From assembly GCA_029262055.1 (NCBI GenBank), contig JAJDAD010000036.1, forward strand, positions 26,772-90,771: 64,000 nt of DNA. The letters are read 5' to 3'. This stretch comes from Candidatus Zhuqueibacterota bacterium. Lineage in GTDB: Bacteria; Zhuqueibacterota; Zhuqueibacteria; Oceanimicrobiales; Oceanimicrobiaceae. Shown in pieces: positions 52,501-62,064 of the stretch (the stretch's first letter is position 1; each line of letters begins with the position of its first letter). The position numbers were made by a program, and so were the translations under genes. A model generated the notes under the pieces. It did not search any database. It was not told the origin of the DNA and was given only the letters and a program-made list of their open reading frames with translations.

Positions 52501-52817
52501 ACATCGCTGACAACATTGGGACAAATCTGCTGCCGACCAAGTTTGAGTTGGCACAGAATTTCCCGAACCCCTTTAATCCATCTACGACCATTCGGTACGG
52601 ATTGCCGGCGGAGGAGCGGGTAACCCTCAAGATCTACAACTTGTTGGGACGCGAAATCCGAACCATCCTGAGCGATGAGCCAAAGGCTGCCGGCTTTCAT
52701 CTTGCCCTTTGGGATGGGCGAGATAAACAGAATCGTCTCGTCGGCTCCGGTGTATATATTTACCAGATTATTGCCGGGGAATTCAAGCAAACCCGAAAGA
52801 TGCTATTAGTCAAATAA
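49506..52817 (+). CDS. giant T9SS-secreted protein: novel ~55 aa tandem repeats (G.A.V.W.D.R...D.Y.QR), a conserved pre-CTD module, and a C-terminal T9SS sorting domain
   Basis: 1103 aa. Signal peptide. At least eight repeats (GNHGAIIVWADERNIDSDLYGQRL, GGIVIAWRDSR, GGGVIASWVDSRN, GNEGAIVIWLQ, GGAAYLVWQNS, GEALVTWEDDRNIDVDIYAQSL, GGAIVTWEDHRTGDPDVFAQRV). The C-terminal ~400 aa are paralogous to the same region of the 873..6524 protein. Tail LAQNFPNPFNPSTTIRYGL...GVYIYQIIAGEFKQTRKMLLVK. Confidence 0.85.
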   Translation: MKNSKLNGTLRGIAWFSCSLCAALAPFTAFAQWSDDPATNNAIGVAGNTRQVAPQILSDGNHGAIIVWADERNIDSDLYGQRLDASGTAAWSGTGLRLTLGEGRQECPALVAHAGGIVIAWRDSRTNSSINEIFVQKFNLAGQSLWAFPTLAHQANNFAPAVLVSSQSGIITASYTSSLFDDVISLQIIDGDGMPRFFPQQRIINNNAQGRQPNLPPTVAPGLGGGVIASWVDSRNDTTLFVSGLSSAGSIWSAGEVAVGEAVTSGTVPAIIQDGNEGAIVIWLQPSGPGTDDLKASRLDRDGSQVWSPPVRTIASSSGKKQNLRAVDIGGGAAYLVWQNSVEGNNRIFGQRLANDGSAWGSDVQLALNAGNQVNPDLAIDLDGEALVTWEDDRNIDVDIYAQSLDPSGARKWTETGVAVSTATGTQQMAAITNDGLGGAIVTWEDHRTGDPDVFAQRVSKTGVLGEFRTLTIMTALRNAAWEVGSSRTISWTATAEIDSVRIELSRDGGQTYDLLFDALPNSTPENNRVTISIPGPAAAQAVLRLSVVEAPFIRSESEVFTLTAPVGPEVNLTPVSVASAGDSLAVVASATDLSGVQELRLTFRRGGAGRFDSVQMERTGPGQFAGQIPGGFVTERGLEYYIAATDSIGSVSNSDTFSTVVSFTAGVQSAGLTRGFEQSSYSMLAAPNLLVQPRVDSIFAASGFGAPDTTSWRLFEYQDSTNVELDSLNGGSFHFDPGKAYWVISAENRTVNFGSGRSLPPDDDASVALTPGWNQVANPFAFSVSWDDVVVASGDPLVSRPYAFRGTYVQADVLTPYEGYFVFNFESQNVELLFPPVEAADDDSTLSKLTFAPGWELQIEASCKHAADSQNFLGVHQDAAVEWDRLDQPEPPTIGEFVSVYFPHDDWQRFSNNYNSDYRPQIETGTSWTFVARSNIRNAEVKLEFSGLEKLPAGLKVMLYDPTLNFSSDLAGSSTFSFASGARGVEKSFTLLVGTTEYIADNIGTNLLPTKFELAQNFPNPFNPSTTIRYGLPAEERVTLKIYNLLGREIRTILSDEPKAAGFHLALWDGRDKQNRLVGSGVYIYQIIAGEFKQTRKMLLVK

Positions 52818-52833
52818 GGAAACAGGTTTAGAA

Positions 52834-53673
52834 ATGACAATCTCACGAAGATTGCTTTTTGTCTTACTCGTTTTTGCGTTGTCATGCGTCTCTTCTGCGC
52901 AGGAGGACGCCGCCAACACCGTTCTGACCGAACGAGGTTTCGAGACAGCGGCGCCGGCTATCGTCAAATTGGTTTCCGAAGGTGGAAACAATGTTGGAGC
53001 GGGCGTTATCCTGGCTGTGCACGATGGCGATGTTGGGTTTATCCTGACGGCCAATAGTGCCTTGGGAGGACAGGATCGGGTAGCGGTCATATTGAAAGAG
53101 TATCCCGACCCACTCTTGGGAAAAATAGTCGACCGCTGGGTAGACTTTGAGCTCGATCTGGCGATCCTGGGCGTGCGCGGGTTTCCTGCGGATGCGCAGC
53201 CCATCACAATTGCCTCCGGGAAGTCGGTACGGCTGAACCATTTTTACTCGATTCTGGCACACACCGAAGAGCGTGACTGGAGCTCGATCTCGGCCGAATT
53301 GTCCCTGGAGTTGGAACAGCAGTTCATTCTTGGCGCCACGGCCGGTACTGCATTGAAAGGTTCGCCGCTCCTCAATAAGAAGGGCCACCTTATTGGCCTG
53401 TTGGTGACGGATGAAACGCTGCGGGAAAAGGAAACACTGACAGCGGCTGTAAAATCAGAGGCGTTAAAACCGGTCTTGCACGAATGGTTCAGAAATGTAG
53501 AACTTGGCAGGAAGTGGCAGGAAAAGGGTGCCGGTATCGCTTCCTGGATGTGGGCTGTCGGTGGCGGCGTGCTGGGCGGTTCAGTCGCGACGGCCATCGC
53601 CCTAACCGGTGAGGACGATGGCGCTCCACGCGGCCTGCCGCGACCGCCGGATCCTCCACCAAGCGGGCAATGA
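52834..53673 (+). CDS. trypsin-fold (S1-like) domain protein with degenerate catalytic residues and a C-terminal TM anchor, likely a pseudo-protease
   Basis: Signal peptide. Chymotrypsin-fold segments (VGFILTANSAL where TNxHV is expected; TAGTALKGSPLL where GDSGGP is expected), so His and Ser appear substituted. C-terminal hydrophobic helix GIASWMWAVGGGVLGGSVATAIAL and a Pro-rich tail. Confidence 0.45.
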   Translation: MTISRRLLFVLLVFALSCVSSAQEDAANTVLTERGFETAAPAIVKLVSEGGNNVGAGVILAVHDGDVGFILTANSALGGQDRVAVILKEYPDPLLGKIVDRWVDFELDLAILGVRGFPADAQPITIASGKSVRLNHFYSILAHTEERDWSSISAELSLELEQQFILGATAGTALKGSPLLNKKGHLIGLLVTDETLREKETLTAAVKSEALKPVLHEWFRNVELGRKWQEKGAGIASWMWAVGGGVLGGSVATAIALTGEDDGAPRGLPRPPDPPPSGQ

Positions 53674-53703
53674 TAAACATGTGTTTGGTAGATTAGGCCA
53701 AAA

Positions 53704-53747
53704 TATAAAAAAGCGGTTGGTTCTCACGGAACCACCGCTTTTTTTGC
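53704..53747. terminator. bidirectional rho-independent terminator between convergent genes
   Basis: AAAAAA-agcggttggttc-tcacg-gaaccaccgct-TTTTTTT. An A-run upstream and a T-run downstream allow termination for both the + gene (ends 53673) and TonB on the minus strand (ends 53798). Confidence 0.5.
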
Positions 53748-53797
53748 ACATGGAGTCGGCTCTCTGATGTATTGGCGAAGACAGGCAGTTGCTCAGA

Positions 53798-54562
53798 CTA
53801 TGAACTCACTAGTTTGAACTGTACCGGAATGGAAACCCATACCCGGATCTTTTGCTCCCTTTGTTTTGCGGGCTGCCACTTCACTTTCCAGATGGCTTCC
53901 ATTGCTGATTTTTCAAAGCCCATATTTTCGGGTTTAGACTTAATGACCTCAGCTTTCTGAGTGCGGCCATCCACCCCAACCAGAACTTTTACATACACGA
54001 TCCCTTCCATTCCTGCTTTCTGGGCGAGGCGCGGGTAGTGTAAATACTTTGACAGTTCAGCCATTCCACCGACTATTTGAGGCGGTTCATCGTAGGCAAC
54101 AAATATTGTCGAATCGTCATCCTCCGGCGGCGGAGGTGGCGGAGGAATGTCTGACAAATCGATTTCAGTTGAAGCGATGGTCAGGTCCTCCGGGATATCC
54201 TCTGAATCGGTGGGGACCGGAACGCTCGGCTTAGGCGGTGGCGGTGGACGGTGCAACTGTTCTGTGGGCGGTATATCTGCAACTTCGATGGTGATGTCTG
54301 CTGTTTCAGCCGTTGTAGCTGCCATCGAGACTTGCCGTGCGAGCTGGGCTGTCAGCAACACCAGGGAGAGAGCGATGACCGTCGCTAATTCTAACGTCTT
54401 GCGATAGTGGAACTTGAGATTCGCTTTGTCAGCTTTGGTCTTTACTAAACTGTCGACCTCGACAGCCGTGGAAAAATATTCGCGAGTTGACTTGTTGAGT
54501 GCGCTTTCTTCTTTTGGGCCAAGGTCAGCAAAAGGATTGAATCCGGATTTATTTACGAACAT
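53798..54562 (-). CDS. tonB: energy transducer TonB
   Basis: N-terminal TM anchor. Pro-rich spacer (PPPPPKPSVPVP, PPPPPPPEDD). C-terminal TonB domain (GMEGIVYVKVLVGVDGRTQKAEVIKS). Confidence 0.8.
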   Translation of the reverse strand: MFVNKSGFNPFADLGPKEESALNKSTREYFSTAVEVDSLVKTKADKANLKFHYRKTLELATVIALSLVLLTAQLARQVSMAATTAETADITIEVADIPPTEQLHRPPPPPKPSVPVPTDSEDIPEDLTIASTEIDLSDIPPPPPPPEDDDSTIFVAYDEPPQIVGGMAELSKYLHYPRLAQKAGMEGIVYVKVLVGVDGRTQKAEVIKSKPENMGFEKSAMEAIWKVKWQPAKQREQKIRVWVSIPVQFKLVSS

Positions 54563-54695
54563 GCTTTGATACTCCTGTCTGCGTAACTCACTTTACACGG
54601 TTCATTTTGTGCTATCGGGTACGGGAGTTTTGCAGCGGAGTTTCAATCGTTCCTTTGGATTCAGGTCGGGCAAGCACTGCTGAGGCGGAGACAGT

Positions 54696-56819
54696 TTATT
54701 CTACCAAGGTAAAGTCAATCACACGTTCGTCCGTGTCAACCCTGACCACCCTGACTTTTACAGGGTCTCCCAGACGGTAGACTTTTTCAGAGAACTGGCC
54801 TACCAGCCGGTAGTTTTTGTCATCATGAAAGTAGTAGTCATCTTCAAGATCGGAAATGTGGACCAGGCCCTCAACCAGGAGATCGGTTATTTCGACGAAG
54901 ATGCCGAATTTGACAACCCCGGAAATAACGCCCTGAAATTCTTCTCCCAGGTGGCGCTGCATGTATTCGACTTTTTTCAGTTTGATCGATTCCCTCTCGG
55001 CATCCAGGGCAACGATTTCGCGTTGTGAACAATGCTCCGACGTTCGCGTTAGAGCTGCCTTGCGCTTCGGCATGGGGTCATTGTCAATGCCATGCGCATA
55101 TTCCTTGAGCAGGCGATGGACCACAAGGTCCGGGTACCGACGGATCGGGGAGGTAAAGTGGGTGTAATGTTTGAAAGCAAGGCCAAAATGACCGGCATTG
55201 TTGGTTGAATACTTGGCCTTCATCATCGAACGGAGCATTATACCCTGTACGATGCCTTCTTCAGGCGTGCCTTTCAGATCAGCGAGGAAGTTGCCCAATA
55301 ACCGGCCCGTTACGGGCTCGTTTTGCGTCAGCGGCCGGCCCAGGGCTTTGACAAATTCCTTGAAGTCATCCATCTTTTCCTGTTTTGGTTGCTCGTGGAT
55401 TCTATAAACAAACGCAGGTTTCTGTCCGTTTTTTGCCAGTTGCAGAGCCACATGTTCGGTCACCGTTTGATTGGCGAGCAGCATGAACTCCTCAACCAAG
55501 CGGTGGCTGTCGAGCCGTTCACGTTTGCTTATGGCCACAGGCAGGCCGTCCTTGCCGAGTTCAACCCTGACCTCAGGCAGGTCGAAGTCGAGGCTGCCAA
55601 GTTGTCTTCGTCGTTTAATCATGGCAAGACTAAGCCGATGCATGGTTTTTAAATCTTCCGCGTAGGGTACGGCTTTCTCCTTGCCGGAGATTATTCCCTG
55701 GGCCTCTTCGTACGTGAACCGTTTGTTACTGTTGATCACCGTTTCCGCAATTTTGTACTTGACCGTTTTGCCGCTCGGGGCCACTTCCATGATACAACTG
55801 AACGCCAACCGGTCTTCATTGGGGCGTAAGCTGCAGATCTGGTTGCTCAGTTTTTCGGGCAACATTGGGATCACCCGGTCGACCAGGTACACGGAAGTCC
55901 CCCGTTTCAGGGCCTCGCGATCGAGGCGGCTGCCGGGCTGGACATAGTAACTTACATCAGCAATGTGCACGCCCAGTTCATGATTTCCATTCTTCAGCTT
56001 GCGTATGGAGACCGCGTCATCAAAATCCTTGGCATCACGCGGATCAATGGTGAAGCAGACCTCCTGGCGCAAATCAAGGCGGCGCGCGATTTCCTTAGCC
56101 GGTATTTCTGCTGGGATTCTCCGGGCCTCTTCTTCAACCTGGGACTGGAATGTGATCGGTAGGTCAAACGCTTTGACGACGGCGAGCACGTCGACACCGG
56201 GGTCATCGGGAAAGCCCAGAATTTCAACAATCTCTCCCTCCGGATTGGCCCGCGCATCATCCCACGAAGTGATCTTGACAACGACTTTTTGGCCGGATTG
56301 TGCCAGCCCGGAGGCGCCTTCGGGAACGAAAACATCCCGTGACATCTTCAGTTCGTCAGGTACCACGAAGCCGTAGCGCTTCGTGCTGCGGTATGTGCCT
56401 ACGACGGTTTGGCTGGCTCTTTTGACGACTTTGACGACACGTCCCTCGCGGCTTCTGCCGGCCGTCTTGGAGCGGGCATAAAGCTGAACTTGCACCATGT
56501 CCTTGTTCAGCGCGGTGCCCATATTTTTTTGGCTGATGAAAACATCGTCTTTGTCATCGCCGACAAGCAGGAAGCCGTATCCTTGCGCTTTAACGTGTAA
56601 CTCGCCCTCTAGTACGGCCGCACGTTGCAGCGTCCCAAAGCTGTTGCCGCGGTATTTTGCAATCAGGCCATCGCGGGCGGCCTTTTTTATGGTGTCGCGG
56701 AAGCTGGTGTAGTCGGGCTTGGCGACCCCGAGCTTTCGGGCCAATTCTTTCGGCTTGAAAGTGCGATGCGGATAGGTTGCGAGGAGTGCTTCAATTCTTT
56801 TGATAATCTTTTTGTTCAT
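54696..56819 (-). CDS. rnr: ribonuclease R (RNB-family 3'-5' exoribonuclease with S1 domain)
   Basis: RNB motifs DVSYYVQPGSRLDREALKRGTSVYLVDRVIPMLPEKLSN..CSL. C-terminal S1 domain (FQGVISGVVKFGIFVEI). ATG at 56819; the maximal ORF uses GTG 56849. Confidence 0.9.
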   Translation of the reverse strand: MNKKIIKRIEALLATYPHRTFKPKELARKLGVAKPDYTSFRDTIKKAARDGLIAKYRGNSFGTLQRAAVLEGELHVKAQGYGFLLVGDDKDDVFISQKNMGTALNKDMVQVQLYARSKTAGRSREGRVVKVVKRASQTVVGTYRSTKRYGFVVPDELKMSRDVFVPEGASGLAQSGQKVVVKITSWDDARANPEGEIVEILGFPDDPGVDVLAVVKAFDLPITFQSQVEEEARRIPAEIPAKEIARRLDLRQEVCFTIDPRDAKDFDDAVSIRKLKNGNHELGVHIADVSYYVQPGSRLDREALKRGTSVYLVDRVIPMLPEKLSNQICSLRPNEDRLAFSCIMEVAPSGKTVKYKIAETVINSNKRFTYEEAQGIISGKEKAVPYAEDLKTMHRLSLAMIKRRRQLGSLDFDLPEVRVELGKDGLPVAISKRERLDSHRLVEEFMLLANQTVTEHVALQLAKNGQKPAFVYRIHEQPKQEKMDDFKEFVKALGRPLTQNEPVTGRLLGNFLADLKGTPEEGIVQGIMLRSMMKAKYSTNNAGHFGLAFKHYTHFTSPIRRYPDLVVHRLLKEYAHGIDNDPMPKRKAALTRTSEHCSQREIVALDAERESIKLKKVEYMQRHLGEEFQGVISGVVKFGIFVEITDLLVEGLVHISDLEDDYYFHDDKNYRLVGQFSEKVYRLGDPVKVRVVRVDTDERVIDFTLVE

Positions 56820-57041
56820 CCTTGACTCTTTGTTTGAAGATATGTTCACCTAATCCCGGTGAATAGGGAGTGGCGGCATTCCGGCCACCTGAATTTTGTT
56901 CTATAAGGGGATTTGATCTGATTAGACGGATTACAGCAATATAGAGATGACTGATGTGATAGTAAACCTAAATGTGGAAGTTGGAAACGCGAATGGAGAG
57001 CGGAGTCCCTGCTTCAGGAAGTGCGTATTCGTCTGTGGGTT

Positions 57042-57602
57042 CTACTTGTCGTTGGGTGTTTTTCTGAGTTCTTTAATCTCGTCACGGAGTTTGGCTGCGT
57101 CCTCGTAGCGTTCATCGCTGATCGCCTGTTGCATGTCCTGTTCGAGCTTTTCCAGGTCCGTCATCGGAACGCTGACTTCCTCGCCATCGACCTCGGTGTC
57201 CTTATCGTCCACTGATGCCCTGTCCATTACGTCTTCGTCCACAAAGATGGGTGAGTGCATCCGCAACGCCAGTGCGATGGCATCGCTTGGACGGGCATCT
57301 ATTTCGGCATCAGAACCGTTCATTTTTACGTTGATGAGCGCAAAGTAAGTATTTTCTCTCAGATCATTTACAACCACGCGGGAGACCTTGGCTTCGATAG
57401 ATTCAAGCAGGTTTTTGATAAGATCGTGGGTCAACGGCCGAGGTGGGGAAACACTTTCGAGCTGCAACGCGATCGCCTGAGCTTCATTGTTTCCTACAAC
57501 AATCGGCAACCATCTGTTGTGCACATCATCCCGAAGAATAACCACAAATCGGTTCGTATGTGCGTCCAGGGTAACTCTGTCGACTCTTACTGCAACTAGC
57601 AT
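57042..57602 (-). CDS. bifunctional nuclease (BFN/DUF151) with C-terminal UVR motif
   Basis: DUF151 core (LPIVVGNNEAQAIALQLESVSPPRPLTHDL). C-terminal UvrB/C-like motif (ISDERYEDAAKLRDEIKEL). Confidence 0.75.
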   Translation of the reverse strand: MLVAVRVDRVTLDAHTNRFVVILRDDVHNRWLPIVVGNNEAQAIALQLESVSPPRPLTHDLIKNLLESIEAKVSRVVVNDLRENTYFALINVKMNGSDAEIDARPSDAIALALRMHSPIFVDEDVMDRASVDDKDTEVDGEEVSVPMTDLEKLEQDMQQAISDERYEDAAKLRDEIKELRKTPNDK

Positions 57603-57841
57603 TAATCATTCTCCAAGAAAGATTCGGCATCCATATCGGGTCGACCATTCTCATACGAAGTCCGTTAAACTTACCAAAATTAAGGTCGACAGTCAAGCGA
57701 AATGTAGCCGATTACCACAATGAAGTACCCGCAAGTTCAGTCGTGAGAGGAAAATATCCGAGTACGCATAGTAGTCTGAATCATCATCACCCACTGACGA
57801 ACATATCTTAATATCGCTCCCGTGCTTTGAATACTAAATCA

Positions 57842-59524
57842 TTAATTATAAAGTTTCTTAAGATTAACTCTATGGTAATAATGGGTTAAGATTTGGTCAA
57901 ATTTTTGTCCTTTGTGTGCCATCATCGCCGCCCCAACCTGGCACATACCGACGCCATGTCCCCATCCCGCTCCTCTGAAAAGTATTCTCTCCGGCAGCTC
58001 GTTTCCGCGTCCTTGCTTCAGGATGTAGAAGCATGCGCTGTAAAGTGCGGTCTTTGACAATGCCTGTCTTATCGCTAACTCTTTGCTTACGAAGAAGCGC
58101 TTTTCTGTTCCGACAACTTCCAGTTCTATCAACCTTCCGGAAACACCCCGTTGGACCGGTCTCAAATCCAGCAACTGTCCGAAATGCTCGCCGGTTTTGT
58201 CATGAATGATGGTTTCCAGGTCCTCCCTGGCATACTCAACCTGCCACCTGAAGTACTTCGTACTATACTCCACTGACTTTGGCCCGCCGTGCTCCCTGAC
58301 ATTGTCGTTGACATCCGGGTGGCTGTCGATCCAGCGCTTCGCATTGCTTTCTTTTTCCAACGAGGTGCTGAGCTTTTTACCCGTCCGGTCGAGGGTGCCG
58401 CGTAAATAGGGTTGCGGCTTCGAGGCCCACACATTTTCGTTGTGCTCGGTATGACCGCCACAGACAGCGGAGTAGTACGGATCGATTACCTCATCGCGGT
58501 ACAGTACAAACATACCGCGCGTTCTTTCCACCGCTGCTGTCGTTTCTGTGCTATGCCGGTTTAATCCGCTGTAGACTTGGCAGTGCACGTCGTCACACAA
58601 GTCGAACGGGACCCCCGGTTGGTGGAAACCCATTTTTGCGATGGCTGCGCCGCGTGCGGCTACTGCCTGCGCTTTTAGTGCTTCGAACGGGAATCCGGCC
58701 GGCATCTCAGAGGGCACGACACCGAGCAGGTATTTCTCCAACGGAAGTTCATTCACCACCGTGATGTCTTCAGTTTTGTCTATCCAGAACTCCAGCGAAC
58801 CGCCGTATGTTCGCTGCTCGCTGCCCGACCAATGAAATCCGTGGCCGACTTCAATGTCCGCGATCTCAGCCCGGTCGGTATTTAGCCGGACGGGATGGTC
58901 TAACTCCAGTACTTTCGTGCCACCGATTTGAGTAAAGCGCAATCTCCCGCCTGCCGCGCGGACCGGTACGCTCACCAGATCGGCAGCCGTCTTCTTGCGG
59001 ATGCTATTCCTGAACTCTTTTGCCCGCTCCTCACTCGTAAACTTCTTGCTGAGCAGTACCTGATAGACCGCGGTGTGCATTTGGCGAATCGAGTGGTTTC
59101 CGGGAAGATCGTGCTTTTTGATCTCGGCCTGCACTCCTTTCTCTCGAAGAGAGGCTAAGAACTGCTCGGCCGACTGCCGGTCCTTCCATGTACCTAGGGC
59201 CACCCTGTATTCCATCTGAGCTGGGCGAGAGGCGGTTACTTCGACCTTCCATTGGCCGGCGGGCAGTGTTTGCTTGGCTGAGCCTCGGCGCAACTGTACG
59301 AGTCTTGTATTCTTGAATACCCTCAGCCGGACTTCGTGCTCTCCCTCCACAATGCCTATTCGTATGAGCGGTTGCCGGCCCCGGAACACGCCTTTCGGGG
59401 GCGCTTTGCAAACCAGATTGAACGTGGTGGCGACGAGGAGCAGGGTCAGGAGAGTTGACCTTGGCAAAATACGGAGCGCTGGATTTGCACGGGTGGGGTA
59501 TCGGGATTTTAGGTTGATGGCCAA
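57842..59524 (-). CDS. SpoIID/LytB-domain protein with SPOR peptidoglycan-binding domain
   Basis: SPOR-like segment (YRVALGTWKDRQSAEQFLASLREKGVQAEIKKH). SpoIID/LytB region (YLLGVVPSEMPAGFPFEALKAQAVAARG...DLCDDVHCQVYSG). Confidence 0.75.
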   Translation of the reverse strand: MAINLKSRYPTRANPALRILPRSTLLTLLLVATTFNLVCKAPPKGVFRGRQPLIRIGIVEGEHEVRLRVFKNTRLVQLRRGSAKQTLPAGQWKVEVTASRPAQMEYRVALGTWKDRQSAEQFLASLREKGVQAEIKKHDLPGNHSIRQMHTAVYQVLLSKKFTSEERAKEFRNSIRKKTAADLVSVPVRAAGGRLRFTQIGGTKVLELDHPVRLNTDRAEIADIEVGHGFHWSGSEQRTYGGSLEFWIDKTEDITVVNELPLEKYLLGVVPSEMPAGFPFEALKAQAVAARGAAIAKMGFHQPGVPFDLCDDVHCQVYSGLNRHSTETTAAVERTRGMFVLYRDEVIDPYYSAVCGGHTEHNENVWASKPQPYLRGTLDRTGKKLSTSLEKESNAKRWIDSHPDVNDNVREHGGPKSVEYSTKYFRWQVEYAREDLETIIHDKTGEHFGQLLDLRPVQRGVSGRLIELEVVGTEKRFFVSKELAIRQALSKTALYSACFYILKQGRGNELPERILFRGAGWGHGVGMCQVGAAMMAHKGQKFDQILTHYYHRVNLKKLYN

Positions 59525-59526
59525 TT

Positions 59527-60438
59527 CTAACCCAGGTAGCCAAATTCCTTGAGCGTGGCTTCATTTTCCCGCCACTTTTCTTTGACTTTTACCCAAAGTT
59601 CGAGAAAAACCGACCTCTCCAGGGTCGTCTCAATGTCTTCACGGGCATTTGTACCGATCTTCTTCAAGGCTTCCCCGTTCTTGCCGATCAGGATTCCCTT
59701 TTGACTTTTCTTTTCCACGTAAATCGTTGCCCGAATGAAATCTTTCCGGTTCTTCCGCTCTTTGAATTCCTCAATGTAAACAGTGGTCGAATAGGGAATC
59801 TCATCACCAAATCTGAGAAAGATTTTTTCTCTGATTATTTCAGAAACCAGGAATCTCTCTGGGTGGTCGGTAATCTGCTCGGTGTCATAAAAAGGAAAGC
59901 CGACGGGCAGGGCCTTTATGGCTTCGTCACGCAGGGCGTCAAGCCCGATATCCTTCAAGGCAGAAACCGGCACGATGGTTTCGATGCCATCGGCCCGGCG
60001 GTAATGATCGATGAGGGGCAGCAGGTTTTGCCTGGGCACGAGATCAACCTTGTTGATCACCAGGATGATCTTTTTTTGTAGCTGCGCCACCTGGTTTAGG
60101 TTAGCCTGGTCGCGCGGATCGATTTTGTTTTTCGCCTCAATCATAAACAAGGCGAGATCTGCTTCCTGCAATGCCCGGTGAGCAGCCTGCAGCATGGCTT
60201 CCTGTAGCTTGTAGCGCGGTTCGAGCAGGCCGGGCGTGTCCAGAAAAACCACCTGATGGCCGGGGCCATTCAGGATGCCTTTGATCTGATGGCGGGTGGT
60301 CTGCGGCTTGCGCGTCACCGACGCCATTTTAAAGCTCAGGAAGTGGTTCAAAAGGGTCGACTTGCCGACGTTCGGCTGCCCGACGATGGCGACGTAACCC
60401 ACCTTAAAATTCTTCTCAGGTATTTTTGTCAACGTCAT
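59527..60438 (-). CDS. era: GTPase Era
   Basis: G1 motif GQPNVGKST, then DTPG, NKVD, and a C-terminal KH domain. 303 aa. Confidence 0.9.
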   Translation of the reverse strand: MTLTKIPEKNFKVGYVAIVGQPNVGKSTLLNHFLSFKMASVTRKPQTTRHQIKGILNGPGHQVVFLDTPGLLEPRYKLQEAMLQAAHRALQEADLALFMIEAKNKIDPRDQANLNQVAQLQKKIILVINKVDLVPRQNLLPLIDHYRRADGIETIVPVSALKDIGLDALRDEAIKALPVGFPFYDTEQITDHPERFLVSEIIREKIFLRFGDEIPYSTTVYIEEFKERKNRKDFIRATIYVEKKSQKGILIGKNGEALKKIGTNAREDIETTLERSVFLELWVKVKEKWRENEATLKEFGYLG

Positions 60439-61771
60439 AATAGTATTTTTGTGTTTCAGAGGCGATCACTTTGGAAAGCAACAGGAGGCCGATCAAATTG
60501 GGAATCGCCATGAGCCCGTTGAAAACATCGGCAACCCCCCAGACAAGCTCCAACTTGGCAATAGCGCCAATCCCAACGAAAATACAAAACAGCACACGGT
60601 AAGGCTTGATACTCTTGTTGCCGAAGAGAAACTCCAACGATTTTTCGCCATAGTAACTCCACCCCAGGATAGTAGAATAAGCGAAAAAAATCAGGCCGAG
60701 CGCTACGATCATGCCTCCCCACTGTCCGGGCAGTCCCGCCCCGAATGCTGCTGAAGTAAGCGGAGCGCCTGTTACACCTGAGGTCCACACACCGGTGGAG
60801 ATGATCACGAACCCGGTGAAGCTGCATACCACAATCGTATCGATAAAGGTCTGGGTCATCGATACCAGCGCCTGGTCTACGGGATTGCGGGTCTTGGCCG
60901 CCGCTGCCGCAATCGGCGAACTGCCGAGGCCGCTTTCATTGGAAAAGACACCACGGGCCACCCCCCAGCGAACGGATTGCATAACCAGAGCGCCCGCGAA
61001 TCCGCCGCTGGCAGCGGTCGATGAAAACGCATGTTTAAACACCAAGGCAAATGTCTCCGGAATCGCACTGAAGTTCAAAAAGACGATGACTGCGGCGCCG
61101 CCCAAGTAGAAAAGAATCATGACCGGCACTAGGACCTCAGTGACCCTTGCGATGCTCTTAATCCCTCCGAGGATGACGACGGCGGTTGCGCCGGCCAGGA
61201 ACAGGCCCGTCATCCAGGTGGGGATGCCAAAATTAGCATTCACCGCATCTGCGACCGAGTTTGATTGCACCATGTTTCCGATACCGAAAGCCGAGATTGC
61301 TGCGAAAATCGCAAACAGAGTGCCCAGCCACTTCCAGCCCAAACCTTCCGAAAGATAGTACATCGGACCGCCGCTCATCGTTCCGGATTTGTCAGTTTTG
61401 CGATATTTTACCGCCAGGACTGCTTCGCCGTATTTGGTTGCCATCCCGAAGAGACCGGTTACCCACATCCAGAACAAGGCACCCGGGCCGCCAAGCGTGA
61501 TGGCAGTCGCGACGCCGGCGATATTACCGGTTCCCACCGTTGCCGCCAGAGCTGTCATCAGCGCCTGAAAATGTGTGATGTCACCGGTTGACTCAGTGCC
61601 CTCCTTGCGTCGTATGAGAGCGAGATGCAACGAGTGTCCCAGGCTCCGGAATTGCAGGCCTTTGAGCAGAAAAGTCAAGTAGATGCCTGTCCCGACCAGC
61701 AGAATCAGCATTGGTGGTCCCCAGACATAGCTGCTGAGAGCGGCGAAGAAGTTGACTAGCTGTTGTTCCAT
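60416..61771 (-). CDS. alanine/glycine:cation symporter (AGCS family)
   Basis: [33 protein letters not shown] is a typical AGCS N-terminus. About 11 TM helices. Start taken at ATG 61771; the maximal ORF uses TTG 61822. Confidence 0.85.
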   Translation of the reverse strand: MEQQLVNFFAALSSYVWGPPMLILLVGTGIYLTFLLKGLQFRSLGHSLHLALIRRKEGTESTGDITHFQALMTALAATVGTGNIAGVATAITLGGPGALFWMWVTGLFGMATKYGEAVLAVKYRKTDKSGTMSGGPMYYLSEGLGWKWLGTLFAIFAAISAFGIGNMVQSNSVADAVNANFGIPTWMTGLFLAGATAVVILGGIKSIARVTEVLVPVMILFYLGGAAVIVFLNFSAIPETFALVFKHAFSSTAASGGFAGALVMQSVRWGVARGVFSNESGLGSSPIAAAAAKTRNPVDQALVSMTQTFIDTIVVCSFTGFVIISTGVWTSGVTGAPLTSAAFGAGLPGQWGGMIVALGLIFFAYSTILGWSYYGEKSLEFLFGNKSIKPYRVLFCIFVGIGAIAKLELVWGVADVFNGLMAIPNLIGLLLLSKVIASETQKYYYDVDKNT

Positions 61772-62064
61772 TCTCCCTCCGAATTGTTCAAGGGTAGAGA
61801 CTCTCTGATTCGGCCACACCAAACGTCAATGGGCTATTTGCACCATTGGCATGTTGAACCAATAGATTTATCTGTACAGGTGAACAGGCCTGAAGCAATT
61901 GGCTTCGAGGAAGATGAGCCCGCAACAGACGGATAGAGTTGACATCCTCCTCAAAGTAACACACATTTGAATCGGCTGGACCGGCCTCGGAAAGTTTTTG
62001 ACCAAATGTTCAAGCGAAATATATTAAAGTCGCCGCAAAAGAACAACCAGTAACTGTGATGCAG

